Source: Rhodospirillales bacterium
GTDB taxonomy: Bacteria > Pseudomonadota > Alphaproteobacteria > Rhodospirillales > UBA2165
Direction of reading: 5' to 3'
DNA: 64,000 bases
Assembly: GCA_030745835.1 (NCBI GenBank)
Contig: JASLNU010000113.1
Location: 1,361-65,360 of the forward strand
Of the stretch, positions 10,398 through 20,773 are shown piece by piece. Position numbers and translations under genes: made by a program. The notes beneath the pieces were generated by a model. That model had not been told where the DNA came from. It saw only the letters and a list, made by a program, of their open reading frames with translations, and made no database searches. The first letter of the stretch is position 1; each line of letters starts with the position of its first letter.

Positions 10398-11416
10398 AGA
10401 TTCTTCAGGCGATCGCCGGCGCCGAATATGGCGGCGCGGAAGCCTTTTTCACCAGGCTGTCGATCGCCTTTCAGCGCGCCGGTTTAACCCAGCGGATCGT
10501 CATGCGCCGACATGAGGGCAGGGCGCGGGCGTTGACCGCCGCCAGCATCGCCCCGGTGCAAGTTCGCTTTGGCGGAAAACTGGATATTGCCAGCCGCCTT
10601 GCCCTGCGCCGCCAGATTGCCGAGTTCCAGCCGGATATCGTCCTCAGCTGGATGAACCGCGCCACATCCTTCTGTCCCGCCGGAAATTTTGTCCATGTCG
10701 GCCGGCTGGGCGGCTACTACGACATCAAGTATTACCGGAAATGCGATCACCTGATCGCCAATACCTCGGATATCGCCGATTACCTCAAGAATAGCGGCTG
10801 GAACGAGGATCGCGTCCACCACCTGCCGAATTTCGTCGGCGGGGAACAGGCGGCGCCCGCCCCGCGGCAGAAATTCTATACGCCCGATACCGCACCGCTT
10901 ATCCTCGCCCTAGGCAGGTTGCACGAGAACAAGGCGTTTGATGTCCTTTTGAAAGCCATGGCGCGGGTGCCCAATGTTTATCTTTGGATCGCTGGCGAGG
11001 GGCCGCTACGCAAGCAGCTTGAAGAACAGGCGGAAGTATTGGGCATCAAGCCCAGGGTCCGGTTCCTTGGATGGCGCGACGATGCAGCGGCTTTGTTTGC
11101 GGCGGCTGATATATTTGTTTGCCCTTCTCGTCACGAACCGCTCGGCAACGTGGTCATCGAAGCCTGGGCGCACGGCATACCGGTGATCGCCGCCGACAGC
11201 ATCGGCCCCGGAACCCTTATCCAGCAGGGTGACAACGGTATATTGTTTCCCATCGACGACGCAGTCACCCTGGCGAATTACATCAAACGCCTGATTAAGG
11301 ATGACGATTTGCGGAGGACCGTTTCGGCGAACGGGATGGCCAGATATGAAGAGGAATTTACCGAACATATTGTGGTCGGAAAATATGTCGAATTCTTTGA
11401 ACAATTGTTGAAATGA
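10394..11416 (+). CDS. glycosyltransferase family 4
   Basis: MKILQAIAGAEYGGAEAFF N-terminus and PSRHEPLGNVVIEAWAHGIPVIA (E-x7-E). ATGA overlap with the upstream gene. Confidence 0.8.
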   Translation: MKILQAIAGAEYGGAEAFFTRLSIAFQRAGLTQRIVMRRHEGRARALTAASIAPVQVRFGGKLDIASRLALRRQIAEFQPDIVLSWMNRATSFCPAGNFVHVGRLGGYYDIKYYRKCDHLIANTSDIADYLKNSGWNEDRVHHLPNFVGGEQAAPAPRQKFYTPDTAPLILALGRLHENKAFDVLLKAMARVPNVYLWIAGEGPLRKQLEEQAEVLGIKPRVRFLGWRDDAAALFAAADIFVCPSRHEPLGNVVIEAWAHGIPVIAADSIGPGTLIQQGDNGILFPIDDAVTLANYIKRLIKDDDLRRTVSANGMARYEEEFTEHIVVGKYVEFFEQLLK

Positions 11417-11417
11417 T

Positions 11418-13193
11418 ATGTGTGGGATTGCGGGCGTCATATTGAAGTCAGGGGGCGCCGATCCCGAAATCTTGGACCGGTTGACACGGGCGCTCGCCCA
11501 TCGGGGACCGGACGGTACCGGTACATTCGCCGACGGCGGCAACGGCTTGGTTCACACCCGGCTCGTCATCATCGATCTTGAAACCGGCGATCAGCCCCTT
11601 ACCGATGATGCCGGCAGTCAGCTGATCGTCAATGGCGAGATCTATAACTTCGTCGAATTAAAGCAGGAAATAGGGCTGGATCAATTCAAGACCAAGTCCG
11701 ATTGCGAAGTAGTTTTGCCTCTAATGCGCCGCGACGGCGCCGGGTTCGGCCCCAGCCTTCGCGGCATGTATGCCGTGGCCGCAACACAGCAGAACGGCAA
11801 GCCAACCTATCTGGCGCGCGATCCCTTCGGCATCAAACCGCTTTATTATATGGAGGATTCGCGGGGGCTGTATTTTTCGTCGGAGCCCAAAGCCATGTTC
11901 GCCGCTGGCCTCGGCACGCCGCAACTGGATAACGAACGGCGCGATGAATTTCTGCAAATACAATTCACCAGCGGCGCTGAAACCATTTACCGTGGCGTAC
12001 GCCGGGTTCTGCCCGGCGAAACCCTGACCGTGGAAGAGGGCCGCGTTACCGCGCGCGCGCACTTGCATGCCCTGCCGCCGGGCGGGCCGGAGAATATTTC
12101 AGAGAGCGAGGCGATCAAGCGTGTCGGCGATGCATTGATGGATAGCGTCCGCGTGCATCAGCGATCGGACGTGCCTTACGGCATGTTCCTGTCCGGCGGT
12201 ATTGATTCCTCCGTCATTCTCGCATGTATGAGGGAATTGAACGATCGCCCGGTCGAGGCATTTACGGTCGGATTTTCCGGCACCGGTGTTTCCGACGAGC
12301 GTGCCCACGCGCAAGTGGTCGCCCGCGCCGCCGGCGCCAACTTCCATCCCGTGGAGTTTTCCGAAGACGACTTTTGGTCGCTTTTGCCGTCGGTTGTTGC
12401 CGCCTTCGACGACCCAATTGCCGATTATGCGATTCTGCCCACATTCAAGCTCGGTATGACCTTGGCTGAGCATGGGCTCAAAGTGGTGCTCAGCGGCGAG
12501 GGCGGCGACGAGATGTTCGCCGGTTATGGCCGTTACCGGCGCCTGCTGCGGCCATGGTGGCTCGGCGGCCGGCCGATGCGCCAGCGCGGTATTCTGGAGG
12601 GGCTGAACTTGCTGCGCGCGCAGCCGGTTGACTGGCGCGCCGGCATCCGGAAAACCGAAGACGCGGTTTCGCTGCCGGGCCGATCGAAGCTGCAGATCGC
12701 TCAGGCCGTCGATTGCGCCGATTGGCTGCCCCACGATTTACTGCTGAAGCTGGACCGATGCCTGATGGCGCATGGCGTCGAGGGCCGGACGCCGATGCTC
12801 GATCCCGTCGTCGCTTCCGTCGCATCAACCTTGCCGGACCGGTTGAAAGTGCGCGGCCGCCAGGGAAAATACGTTCTCAGAAAATGGCTGGATCAAAACC
12901 TGCCCGAAGCGGAACCCTTTGCCCGCAAACGTGGCTTCACGGTTCCGGTGGCCGAATGGATCGGTAAAAACGGGCGCCGTATCGGCGAATTGGTGGTGGC
13001 GGCCGAATGCATCGGCGAGCTGTGCGATCCTGGTCGGGTGGTGGAACTATTCGCCGGGCTCGAAGGGAACATCGCCCGCCATCACGGCCAGGCGGCATGG
13101 ATATTGTTGTTTTACGCCCTTTGGCACCGGGTTCATATTGACGGCGCGCTTGCCGAGGGCGACACATTCGATGTTTTGTCGGCCGCGGTTTGA
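11418..13193 (+). CDS. asnB: asparagine synthase (glutamine-hydrolysing) family amidotransferase
   Basis: MCGIAG Ntn-amidotransferase N-terminus (Cys2) and FLSGGIDSS PP-loop. 591 aa. Starts 1 nt after the last GT gene, so it may amidate a sugar rather than make Asn. Confidence 0.8.
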   Translation: MCGIAGVILKSGGADPEILDRLTRALAHRGPDGTGTFADGGNGLVHTRLVIIDLETGDQPLTDDAGSQLIVNGEIYNFVELKQEIGLDQFKTKSDCEVVLPLMRRDGAGFGPSLRGMYAVAATQQNGKPTYLARDPFGIKPLYYMEDSRGLYFSSEPKAMFAAGLGTPQLDNERRDEFLQIQFTSGAETIYRGVRRVLPGETLTVEEGRVTARAHLHALPPGGPENISESEAIKRVGDALMDSVRVHQRSDVPYGMFLSGGIDSSVILACMRELNDRPVEAFTVGFSGTGVSDERAHAQVVARAAGANFHPVEFSEDDFWSLLPSVVAAFDDPIADYAILPTFKLGMTLAEHGLKVVLSGEGGDEMFAGYGRYRRLLRPWWLGGRPMRQRGILEGLNLLRAQPVDWRAGIRKTEDAVSLPGRSKLQIAQAVDCADWLPHDLLLKLDRCLMAHGVEGRTPMLDPVVASVASTLPDRLKVRGRQGKYVLRKWLDQNLPEAEPFARKRGFTVPVAEWIGKNGRRIGELVVAAECIGELCDPGRVVELFAGLEGNIARHHGQAAWILLFYALWHRVHIDGALAEGDTFDVLSAAV

Positions 13194-13234
13194 AGCGGCT
13201 TCTAATCTAGATTGATGTTTCGGGGAGAATAATA

Positions 13235-14458
13235 TTGGCCGGCCCACTTGCAGGAATTCGCGTTCTCGACCTTTCCCGGGTCATGGCCGGGCCATGGTGT
13301 ACACAATTATTGGCCGATCTCGGCGCCGAGGTGGTCAAGATCGAACGGCGCGAGGGTGGTGATGATACGCGCCACTGGGGGCCGCCTTGGCTTAAAGACA
13401 CCGACGACAATGATACAAACGAAGCCGCCTATTACCTGTCGGCCAACCGCGGCAAGCATTCGCTAACCTTGGATATCGCGACCGATGAGGGGCGGCGGAT
13501 CGTCCGCGATCTGGCCGCCAAATCCGATATCTTTATCGAGAATTTCAAAGTTGGCGATCTCGCCGAAAAGGGTCTTGGTTACGATGATCTTTGCGCGGTT
13601 AATCCGGGCATCATCTATTGTTCGATCACCGGCTTCGGCCAGACCGGGCCGCGCGCCAGCCAGGCCGGCTACGATTACCTCATTCAAGGCATGGGCGGGC
13701 TGATGAGCATCACCGGAGTGGCCGATGGCGAGCCGGGCGCAGGGCCGCAACGGGTCGGGCTGGCGGTGTCGGATCTGACCACCGGCATGTATTCGGCAAT
13801 TGGCATCCTGGCGGCCCTCAACCACCGGGAAAAAACCGGCGAGGGGCAGTATATCGACCTGGCGCTGCTGGATACGCAGGTCGGCTGGCTCGCCAACCAG
13901 GCGCAGAACTATTTCACCAGCGGCGTTTGCCCGGGGCGTACCGGCGCCTGGCACCCCAACGTGGCGCCCTATCAGCCGTTTAAAACCAAGGACGGATATG
14001 TGATCATCGCCATCGGCAATGACGGCCAGTTCCGCCGCTTCTGCGTTCATATCGGCGTTGAGGAACTGGCCGACGATGCGCGCTTCCAATCCAATTCCGC
14101 ACGCGTCCAGAACCGCGCCGCCCTCGCCGAGATTATGGAGGGCTATATCAGCGAACGCGATAGCCGCGAATGGATGGAGGAATTACCCAAAATCGCGGTT
14201 CCGTGCGGGCCCATCAACTCGATCTATCAGGTGTTCGAGGAACCCCAGGTGGCGGCGCGGGGAATGAAGAGCGAGGTGCCGCATCCGTTGGCCGGATCGA
14301 TGTCGATTGTCGGCAACCCGCTGAAATTTTCCATAACCGATATTGAATACCTGAAGGCGCCGCCCACCTTGGGCGAGGACAGCGATGACGTTCTCGGGCG
14401 TATTCTTGGCAAAAGCCCGGAAGAAATCGAGAAACTGCGCAAGTCGGAAATCATCTGA
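13235..14458 (+). CDS. CaiB/BaiF family (class III) CoA-transferase
   Basis: GIRVLDLSRVMAGPWCTQLLADLGAEVVKIE N-terminal signature. 407 aa. TTG start. Confidence 0.85.
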   Translation: MAGPLAGIRVLDLSRVMAGPWCTQLLADLGAEVVKIERREGGDDTRHWGPPWLKDTDDNDTNEAAYYLSANRGKHSLTLDIATDEGRRIVRDLAAKSDIFIENFKVGDLAEKGLGYDDLCAVNPGIIYCSITGFGQTGPRASQAGYDYLIQGMGGLMSITGVADGEPGAGPQRVGLAVSDLTTGMYSAIGILAALNHREKTGEGQYIDLALLDTQVGWLANQAQNYFTSGVCPGRTGAWHPNVAPYQPFKTKDGYVIIAIGNDGQFRRFCVHIGVEELADDARFQSNSARVQNRAALAEIMEGYISERDSREWMEELPKIAVPCGPINSIYQVFEEPQVAARGMKSEVPHPLAGSMSIVGNPLKFSITDIEYLKAPPTLGEDSDDVLGRILGKSPEEIEKLRKSEII

Positions 14459-14555
14459 GGTTTGAAAACGAGTTGTCTGACCCTTCGGGCGACTTTACAT
14501 ATTCAACGCCTAAGAGCGGGGCTTTGAATGATGCTCTGAACCAGGGAGAAGTAAG

Positions 14556-16880
14556 GTGCGTTTTGCAGTTGGCCAGCCGGTCCCAAGGACCGAAGACCCG
14601 CGCCTGTTGACCGGCAATGGCCGTTACACGGACGATTTCAATCTGCCGTTTCAGGCGCATGCCTATTTCCTGAGATCACCCCACGCCCACGCCGAAATCC
14701 GCGGTATCGATAGTTCCGCGGCCGAGGCCATGCCCGGCGTCGTCGCCGTTCTGACCGGCGAGGATTATGAGAATGACGGCATCGGCGAGATCACCGGCGG
14801 ATCGCCGCGCCAGCGGCGCGACGGCTCGGTCATGTACCGCCCGCCGCGCCCGGCGCTGACCCGGGACCGCGCCCGCCATGTCGGCCAGGCCGTCGTCATG
14901 GTCATCGCCGACAGTCTTGCCGAGGCCAAGGATGCGGCAGAAGCCATCGTTATCGATTATGGCGAACTGCCGTTCAATGTGGACACCGAGGCCGCCAACA
15001 AACCGGACGCACCGACCATTTGGGAGGATTGCGCCGACAACGAATCCTTCTATTTCGATGCCGGCGACCGGGAAGCGACGGAAGCCGCAATTGCCGGGGC
15101 CAAGCATGTGGTCCGCCAGAAATTTATCATCAACCGGGTTACCGCCAATACCTTGGAGCCGCGCGGCGCGCTCGGCGATTACAATCCGGGCGAAGACCGC
15201 TACACCATCCATGTCGGGCACCAGCGGCCCTATGCGTGGCGCACCAATCTCGCGAAAAACGTATTCCGCGTCGCCGAAAACCAGATCACCCTGATTACCG
15301 GAGACGTCGGCGGCTCGTTCGGCATGAAAGGCGCCATCTATCCCGAGGTCGCCTTGGTCGGCTGGGCGTCGAAACGCGTCGGACGGCCGGTGAAATGGAG
15401 TTGCGAGCGTAGCGAGGGCCTGATGGCCGACGATCACGCCCGCGACAACGTGACCGAAGCCGAATTGGCTTTGGACGAGGATGGCAAGTTCCTGGGCCTG
15501 CGCGTCACCACCAATGCAAATCTGGGCGCTTATGTGTCGTTCCTGGGGGCCGGACCGCCGACCGGGAACACCGGCGGACTGGCTGGTCTTTACACGACGC
15601 CGGCGATCAATGTCCGGGTGTCCGGTGTCCTCTCCAATACCTCGCCGTTATCGCCCTATCGCGGCGCCGGCAGGCCGGAAGCAGCCTATATCGTGGAACG
15701 CATGATCCAGGTGGCGGCACGTGAGTTGGACTTGGACCCGGCGGAATTGCGGCGGCGAAACTTCATTGCGCCTGACGCCATGCCGTACAAGACGCCTTTG
15801 ACCTTCACCTATGATTGCGGCGAGTTTGAAGCGCTGATGGATAAGTGCCTGGAGAATTCCGATTATCGTGGGTTCGGGGCGCGCCGCGATGAAGCGTCGG
15901 CGCGCGGCCGGGCACGCGGCATCGGCATCTCCTGCACCATCGAACAGGCGGCGGCGCCGCAGACAGAGACGGCGGAAATCCGCTTCGATCCGTCGGGCAC
16001 GGTGACGCTGCTGGTCGGGACAACACCGCACGGCCAGGGGCATGAGACCATTTACAAGCAACTGGTCTGTGAAAAACTGGGTTTGGCGCCGGAAGATATT
16101 CGGGTGGTCGAGGGCGACACCGACAAGGTGACCTTCGGTACCGGCACCGGCGGCTCGCGCTCGGCATCGATCGGCACATCGGCGGTGTTCGAGGCGGTCG
16201 GCAAGGTCGTCGAAAAGGGCCGTAAAATCGCCGCCCATATGCTGGAAGCCGCCGAAGCGGATATCGAGTTCGAAGACGGCGCCTTCGCCGTTTCGGGTAC
16301 CGACAAACGGGTCGCCTTTGTCGAGGTGGCGAAAACATCATTCCAGTCGGCGCAACTGCCCGAAGGGGTGGAGCCGGGGCTGTATGAGATCGCAACATAC
16401 GATCCGAAGAAAGCCAATTTCCCCAACGGGTGCCATATCTGCGAGGTTGAGGTGGAGCCGGAAACCGGCACCATCGAGATTGCCCGTTACACCGTCGTCG
16501 ATGATGTCGGGTATGAATTGAACCCCTTGCTGGTCAAGGGTCAGATCATGGGCGGCGTCACCCAGGGCGCCGGCCAGATCCTTATGGAAAACATCGTTTA
16601 CGATAATGACAGCGGCCAGTTGATCAGCGGCTCCTTCTTGGATTACGCGATGCCGCGCGCCGATGATTTTTGCGCCATCGAAATCGAGGGAAGGCCGGTC
16701 CCCACCGCCACCAATCCCCTGGGCGTCAAGGGCGCCGGCGAATGCGGGACGGTCGGCGCCTTGCCGGCGGTGATGAACGCTATCAATGATGCGCTTCTCC
16801 AATTGGGTGTCGCCCACATCGACATGCCGGCGACCCCCGAGCGGGTTTGGCGGGCCATCAGGGATGCGGCTTCGCCTTAG
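14556..16880 (+). CDS. xanthine dehydrogenase family molybdopterin-binding subunit (form-II CoxL-like)
   Basis: 774 aa. RTEDPRLLTGNGRYTDD N-terminus, PYRGAGRPEA active-site loop (AYxGAGR type), C-terminal NPLGVKGAGE. GTG start behind GGGAGAAG. No adjacent FAD or FeS subunit genes. Confidence 0.85.
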   Translation: MRFAVGQPVPRTEDPRLLTGNGRYTDDFNLPFQAHAYFLRSPHAHAEIRGIDSSAAEAMPGVVAVLTGEDYENDGIGEITGGSPRQRRDGSVMYRPPRPALTRDRARHVGQAVVMVIADSLAEAKDAAEAIVIDYGELPFNVDTEAANKPDAPTIWEDCADNESFYFDAGDREATEAAIAGAKHVVRQKFIINRVTANTLEPRGALGDYNPGEDRYTIHVGHQRPYAWRTNLAKNVFRVAENQITLITGDVGGSFGMKGAIYPEVALVGWASKRVGRPVKWSCERSEGLMADDHARDNVTEAELALDEDGKFLGLRVTTNANLGAYVSFLGAGPPTGNTGGLAGLYTTPAINVRVSGVLSNTSPLSPYRGAGRPEAAYIVERMIQVAARELDLDPAELRRRNFIAPDAMPYKTPLTFTYDCGEFEALMDKCLENSDYRGFGARRDEASARGRARGIGISCTIEQAAAPQTETAEIRFDPSGTVTLLVGTTPHGQGHETIYKQLVCEKLGLAPEDIRVVEGDTDKVTFGTGTGGSRSASIGTSAVFEAVGKVVEKGRKIAAHMLEAAEADIEFEDGAFAVSGTDKRVAFVEVAKTSFQSAQLPEGVEPGLYEIATYDPKKANFPNGCHICEVEVEPETGTIEIARYTVVDDVGYELNPLLVKGQIMGGVTQGAGQILMENIVYDNDSGQLISGSFLDYAMPRADDFCAIEIEGRPVPTATNPLGVKGAGECGTVGALPAVMNAINDALLQLGVAHIDMPATPERVWRAIRDAASP

Positions 16881-16962
16881 TTAATCCAGCTTCTTCGGCA
16901 ATCTTTTCTAGCCAGACGCGGAAAAATCTTCTAATAATGCGCGCCTTCACCGGAGCGGAATA

Positions 16963-17631
16963 ATGCTTTCGAACGACAAATTGATATTTGCCGTGCCGCG
17001 CGGCCGCATCCTCGACGATGTAATGCCGTTGATCAGGCGCGCCGGGATCGAGCCCGAGGACAGTTTTTGGGATAAGGACGCCCGTCAACTGTGCTTTTCG
17101 ACCAGCGATCCGTCGCTGGACATGGTACGCGTGCGCTCGTTCGATATCGCCACCATGATTGCTTACGGCGCGGCGCATATCGGCATCGCCGGGCTCGATG
17201 TGCTGATGGAGTTCGATTCCCGCGAAATCTATGCGCCCCTCGATCTCGGCGTCGGCGCTTGCCGCATGATCGTCGCCGAGTCGGAAGAGTTTGCTCCCAG
17301 TGACGATCCGCGCCGTTGGAGCCATATCCGCATCGCCACCAAATACCCTGAATTAACACGCCGCCATTTTGCCGCCCGCGGGGTGCATGCCGAATGCGTA
17401 AAAATGAACGGCGCCATCGAGATCGCGCCGGCCATGGGGCTTTGCCAGCGCATCGTCGACCTGACCTCGACCGGCGAGACGCTCAAGGCCAATGGCTTGG
17501 TCGAGGTCGAGGAAATCGCCAAGATCACTTCGCGGCTGGCGGTCAACCGGACGGCGTTCAAAACCCGCAGCGAAGAGATCAGCGGCTGGATCGAGCGGAT
17601 CCGGGAAGCGGTCGATGCCGGCGCGGATTGA
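16963..17631 (+). CDS. hisG: ATP phosphoribosyltransferase (short form)
   Basis: 222 aa. LIFAVPRGRILDD, DIATMIAYGAAHIGIAGLDVL, DLTSTGETLKANGL. Directly upstream of and overlapping hisD. Confidence 0.85.
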   Translation: MLSNDKLIFAVPRGRILDDVMPLIRRAGIEPEDSFWDKDARQLCFSTSDPSLDMVRVRSFDIATMIAYGAAHIGIAGLDVLMEFDSREIYAPLDLGVGACRMIVAESEEFAPSDDPRRWSHIRIATKYPELTRRHFAARGVHAECVKMNGAIEIAPAMGLCQRIVDLTSTGETLKANGLVEVEEIAKITSRLAVNRTAFKTRSEEISGWIERIREAVDAGAD

Positions 17632-18919
17632 CTTAGGCGATCCCGGCTTCGAACAAGAATTCGAACGCTTCCTGGGCGCCAAGCGGGAAACCGCCGGGGA
17701 TGTGGCCGGCGCGGTCGCCGCCATCATCGATCAGGTACGCGAGCGGGGCGATGACGCCCTCATCGAACTGACCCGCCGTTTCGACGGCTTCGAGTTGGAC
17801 GCCGAAAACCTGCGGCTCGGCGAAGGCGAGATCAAAAAGGCGCGCCATGACTGTTCCAATGATGAAATCCAGGCGCTGGAGCTGGCGGCCGAGCGGATAA
17901 GCGCCTTCCACGCCCGCCAATCGCCCGAGGATTTGGAATACCGGGACGAGGCCGGGTTGCGCCTCGGCCATCGCTGGCGTGCCATCAAATCGGTCGGCAT
18001 GTATGTCCCCGGCGGCACCGCCGCCTATCCGTCCTCGGTGCTGATGAACGCCCTGCCGGCCAAGGTTGCCGGAGTTTCGCGCCTGGTGATGACGGCGCCG
18101 GCGCCCGGCGGCGCGTTCAATCCGCTGGTCCTGACCGCCGCCGAGATCGCCGGCGTCGACGAGATTTACCGCGTCGGTGGCGCTCAAGCTATCGCCGCCA
18201 TGGCTATGGGCACCGAAAGCATCCAGCCGGTCGACAAGATCGTCGGGCCGGGCAACGCCTATGTGGCCGAGGCCAAGCGCCAACTGTTCGGCATCGTCGG
18301 TATCGATATGATCGCCGGGCCGTCGGAAATCCTGGTGGTTGCCGACGGCGATAACGATCCGGGTTGGATCGCCGCCGATCTTTTGTCGCAGGCCGAGCAC
18401 GATTCGAGCGCCCAGGCTATTCTGATTACCGATGACGCCGGGTTCGCCGACCAGGTTTTGGAGCGCATCCAGGCGATGCTTGAAAGTCTGCCGCGCAAGG
18501 CCATCGCTTCGGAAAGCTGGGACCGCTTTGGCGCCGTCATATTGGTGGGAGCGCTTTCCGATGCGGCGCCGATCATCGATGCCATCGCGCCCGAACATTT
18601 GGAACTGGCGATGGACGGCGCCGATGAATTGTTCGCCGAGATTGAACACGCCGGATCGGTATTCCTTGGCCGTTATGCGCCGGAAGCTCTTGGCGATTAC
18701 CTGGCCGGCCCCAACCATGTCTTGCCGACCGGCCGCAGCGCGCGCTTTTCGTCGGGTCTTGGCGTGTTGGACTTCATGAAACGGACCTCTTTCATCGGCG
18801 CGGGCAAGGCTCCGGTCGAAAAAATCGGCGCGGCGGCGGTGACCCTGGCCAGAGCCGAGGGGTTGCATGCGCACGCGTTGTCCGTGTCCTTGCGGCTCGG
18901 ACAGACCGATCCGGATTGA
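17615..18919 (+). CDS. hisD: histidinol dehydrogenase
   Basis: GPGNAYVAEAKR, AGPSEILVVAD, LLSQAEHD, NHVLPT motifs. Start moved to ATG 17615 (MPARIDL). The longer ORF from 17492 adds an Arg/Ser-rich out-of-context N-terminus inside hisG. Confidence 0.9.
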   Translation: MPARIDLGDPGFEQEFERFLGAKRETAGDVAGAVAAIIDQVRERGDDALIELTRRFDGFELDAENLRLGEGEIKKARHDCSNDEIQALELAAERISAFHARQSPEDLEYRDEAGLRLGHRWRAIKSVGMYVPGGTAAYPSSVLMNALPAKVAGVSRLVMTAPAPGGAFNPLVLTAAEIAGVDEIYRVGGAQAIAAMAMGTESIQPVDKIVGPGNAYVAEAKRQLFGIVGIDMIAGPSEILVVADGDNDPGWIAADLLSQAEHDSSAQAILITDDAGFADQVLERIQAMLESLPRKAIASESWDRFGAVILVGALSDAAPIIDAIAPEHLELAMDGADELFAEIEHAGSVFLGRYAPEALGDYLAGPNHVLPTGRSARFSSGLGVLDFMKRTSFIGAGKAPVEKIGAAAVTLARAEGLHAHALSVSLRLGQTDPD

Positions 18920-19395
18920 AGCTTGTGGACGAACGGCGACGCATCGTTGACGTGCGCCTCGATGGCGATGCCCGGGCCTGGGAGCGCCCCGAGATAAAGC
19001 ATGACCGGGCGGTCGCCATCTTCGATCTTTTGGAGGAAAATACTTTCGCGCCCGTCGATGGCACGCTCGGGCCGTTCGTGCTGCATCTGCGCGTCAGCGA
19101 AAACAGGCTGATATTCGATTTGCGCGACGAAGCCGACGGGCCGTTGCAGGAATTTACCCTGCCCGGGACCGTGTTCCGGTCCGTTATCCGGGACTATTTT
19201 GTGGTTTGCGAAAGCTACTACGAGGCCATCAAGACGGCTTCGCCATCCAAGATTCAGGCCATCGATATGGGCCGGCGCGGCCTCCACAACGAAGGCGCCG
19301 AATTGCTGCGTGAGCGCTTGGCCGACGACGTTGATATCGATGTCGATACGGCGCGGCAGTTGTTTACATTGATTTGCGTGCTGCATCTAAGGTAG
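18916..19395 (+). CDS. UPF0262 family protein
   Basis: 159-aa acidic protein. TTG start overlaps the hisD stop. The position directly after hisD and the sequence (DLLEENTFAP...LIFDLRDE) fit the alphaproteobacterial UPF0262 family as I recall it. Confidence 0.6.
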   Translation: MKLVDERRRIVDVRLDGDARAWERPEIKHDRAVAIFDLLEENTFAPVDGTLGPFVLHLRVSENRLIFDLRDEADGPLQEFTLPGTVFRSVIRDYFVVCESYYEAIKTASPSKIQAIDMGRRGLHNEGAELLRERLADDVDIDVDTARQLFTLICVLHLR

Positions 19396-19401
19396 GCGAG
19401 G

Positions 19402-19839
19402 ATGAACGCTCTGCCCTCCGCCGTCTTGTTCGCCTGCTCGATGAATTCGGTGCGCTCGCCGATGGCGGAAGGCTTGCTGAAATCCACCCTCGGACACCGC
19501 ATCTATGTCGATTCGGTCGGCGTGCGCGGTGATCAGGTGAATGGCTTCGCGGTCGAGGTTTTGGCCGAAATCGGGATCGATATCTCGAACCATAAACCGA
19601 AGACATTTAAGACCCTGGACGATACCTCGTTCGACGTGGTGATCTCGCTGTCGCCCGAAGCTCAGCACTCGGCCGTGGAATTGACCCGCTGGATGTCCTG
19701 CGAGGTGGAATACTGGCCGACCCTGGATCCGTCGGTGGTGGATGGCAGCCGCGAGCGGCGGCTGGAAACCTTCCGCCAGGTGCGTGACGACTTGAAACGC
19801 CGGATCGATGTGCGATTTCCGCCCGAAAATGGCAATTAA
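19402..19839 (+). CDS. low-molecular-weight phosphatase family protein (LMW-PTP/ArsC-like)
   Basis: VLFACSMNSVRSPMAEG gives the C-x5-R-S P-loop. 145 aa. Confidence 0.75.
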   Translation: MNALPSAVLFACSMNSVRSPMAEGLLKSTLGHRIYVDSVGVRGDQVNGFAVEVLAEIGIDISNHKPKTFKTLDDTSFDVVISLSPEAQHSAVELTRWMSCEVEYWPTLDPSVVDGSRERRLETFRQVRDDLKRRIDVRFPPENGN

Positions 19840-19921
19840 TAGGGGGTTTTTGGAAAAAAAACTTGACCCGACAACCACATCAGACCAGTTTCCTACCGGT
19901 TTTGACACTAGAGGATAGCTA

Positions 19922-20140
19922 ATGGCGAAAGAAGAACTTTTGGAATTTTCGGGCACGGTCACGGAACTGCTGCCCAACGCGATGTTCCGCGTCGTACTTG
20001 ATAACGAACATGAAATACTCGCGCACACCGCGGGAAAAATGAGAAAACATAGAATTCGCGTACTGGCCGGCGATCGTGTCAATGTTGAAATGACGCCCTA
20101 CGATCTTTCCAAAGGCCGCATCACCTTCCGCTTTAAGTGA
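19922..20140 (+). CDS. infA: translation initiation factor IF-1
   Basis: 72 aa. [72 protein letters not shown] is near-canonical IF-1. Confidence 0.97.
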   Translation: MAKEELLEFSGTVTELLPNAMFRVVLDNEHEILAHTAGKMRKHRIRVLAGDRVNVEMTPYDLSKGRITFRFK

Positions 20141-20171
20141 TTCGGGCCCCTGGCCGACGGACGACGGTTCC

Positions 20172-20768
20172 ATGCCGGAAAGCACAGCGTCGGTCCTGGT
20201 TCTCGCTTCCGCCTCGCCCAGGCGCCTTGACCTGTTGCGCCAGGTTTTGATCGAACCCGATCACATCCATGCCGCCGAAATCGACGAAACGCCCACAGCC
20301 GCCGAGGCGCCGCGCGCCCTTGCCGAACGCCTGGCCGCGGCCAAGGCCGGGCAGGTGGCCGCTGAATATCCGGGCGCTTATGTCATCGGCGCCGACACCA
20401 TCGTCGCCGCCGGTCGACGCATCCTCGGCAAGGCCGAAGACGCGGCAACGGCGCAACGCTATCTTTCGCTCCTGTCGGGCCGCCGCCACAAGGTGCTGGG
20501 TGGGGTTACGGTCATCGCGCCCGACGGGCGGCGCGCCAGCCGGCTGGTCGAAACCTCGGTCACCTTCGCGCGCCTGACCGGCGGCGACATCGAGGCATAC
20601 CTCGCGACCGGTGAATGGCGGGGCAAGGCCGGCGCCTATGCCATCCAGGGTTATGCCGCCCGCTTTGTGCGCGCGCTCGGCGGCTCCTACAGCAATGTCG
20701 TCGGCCTGCCCTTGTTTGAAGCCGTGCGCCTTTTAGAAGGGCTGGGTTACCGGCCACCAGGCGGCTGA
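20172..20768 (+). CDS. maf: Maf family nucleoside triphosphate pyrophosphatase
   Basis: LVLASASPRRLDLL N-terminus and GKAGAYAIQG C-terminal motif. 198 aa. Confidence 0.85.
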   Translation: MPESTASVLVLASASPRRLDLLRQVLIEPDHIHAAEIDETPTAAEAPRALAERLAAAKAGQVAAEYPGAYVIGADTIVAAGRRILGKAEDAATAQRYLSLLSGRRHKVLGGVTVIAPDGRRASRLVETSVTFARLTGGDIEAYLATGEWRGKAGAYAIQGYAARFVRALGGSYSNVVGLPLFEAVRLLEGLGYRPPGG

Positions 20769-20773
20769 TCGCC

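Noticed and set aside
17492-17614. Longer hisD start at 17492
   Set aside because: It adds 41 Arg/Ser-rich residues read out of frame from within hisG. The ATG at 17615 gives the conserved HisD N-terminus (ARIDLGDPGFEQEFERFL).
19840-19921. Possible sigma-70 promoter (TTGACC at 19862) upstream of infA
   Set aside because: There is no convincing -10 hexamer at the proper spacing, so it is not reported as a feature.
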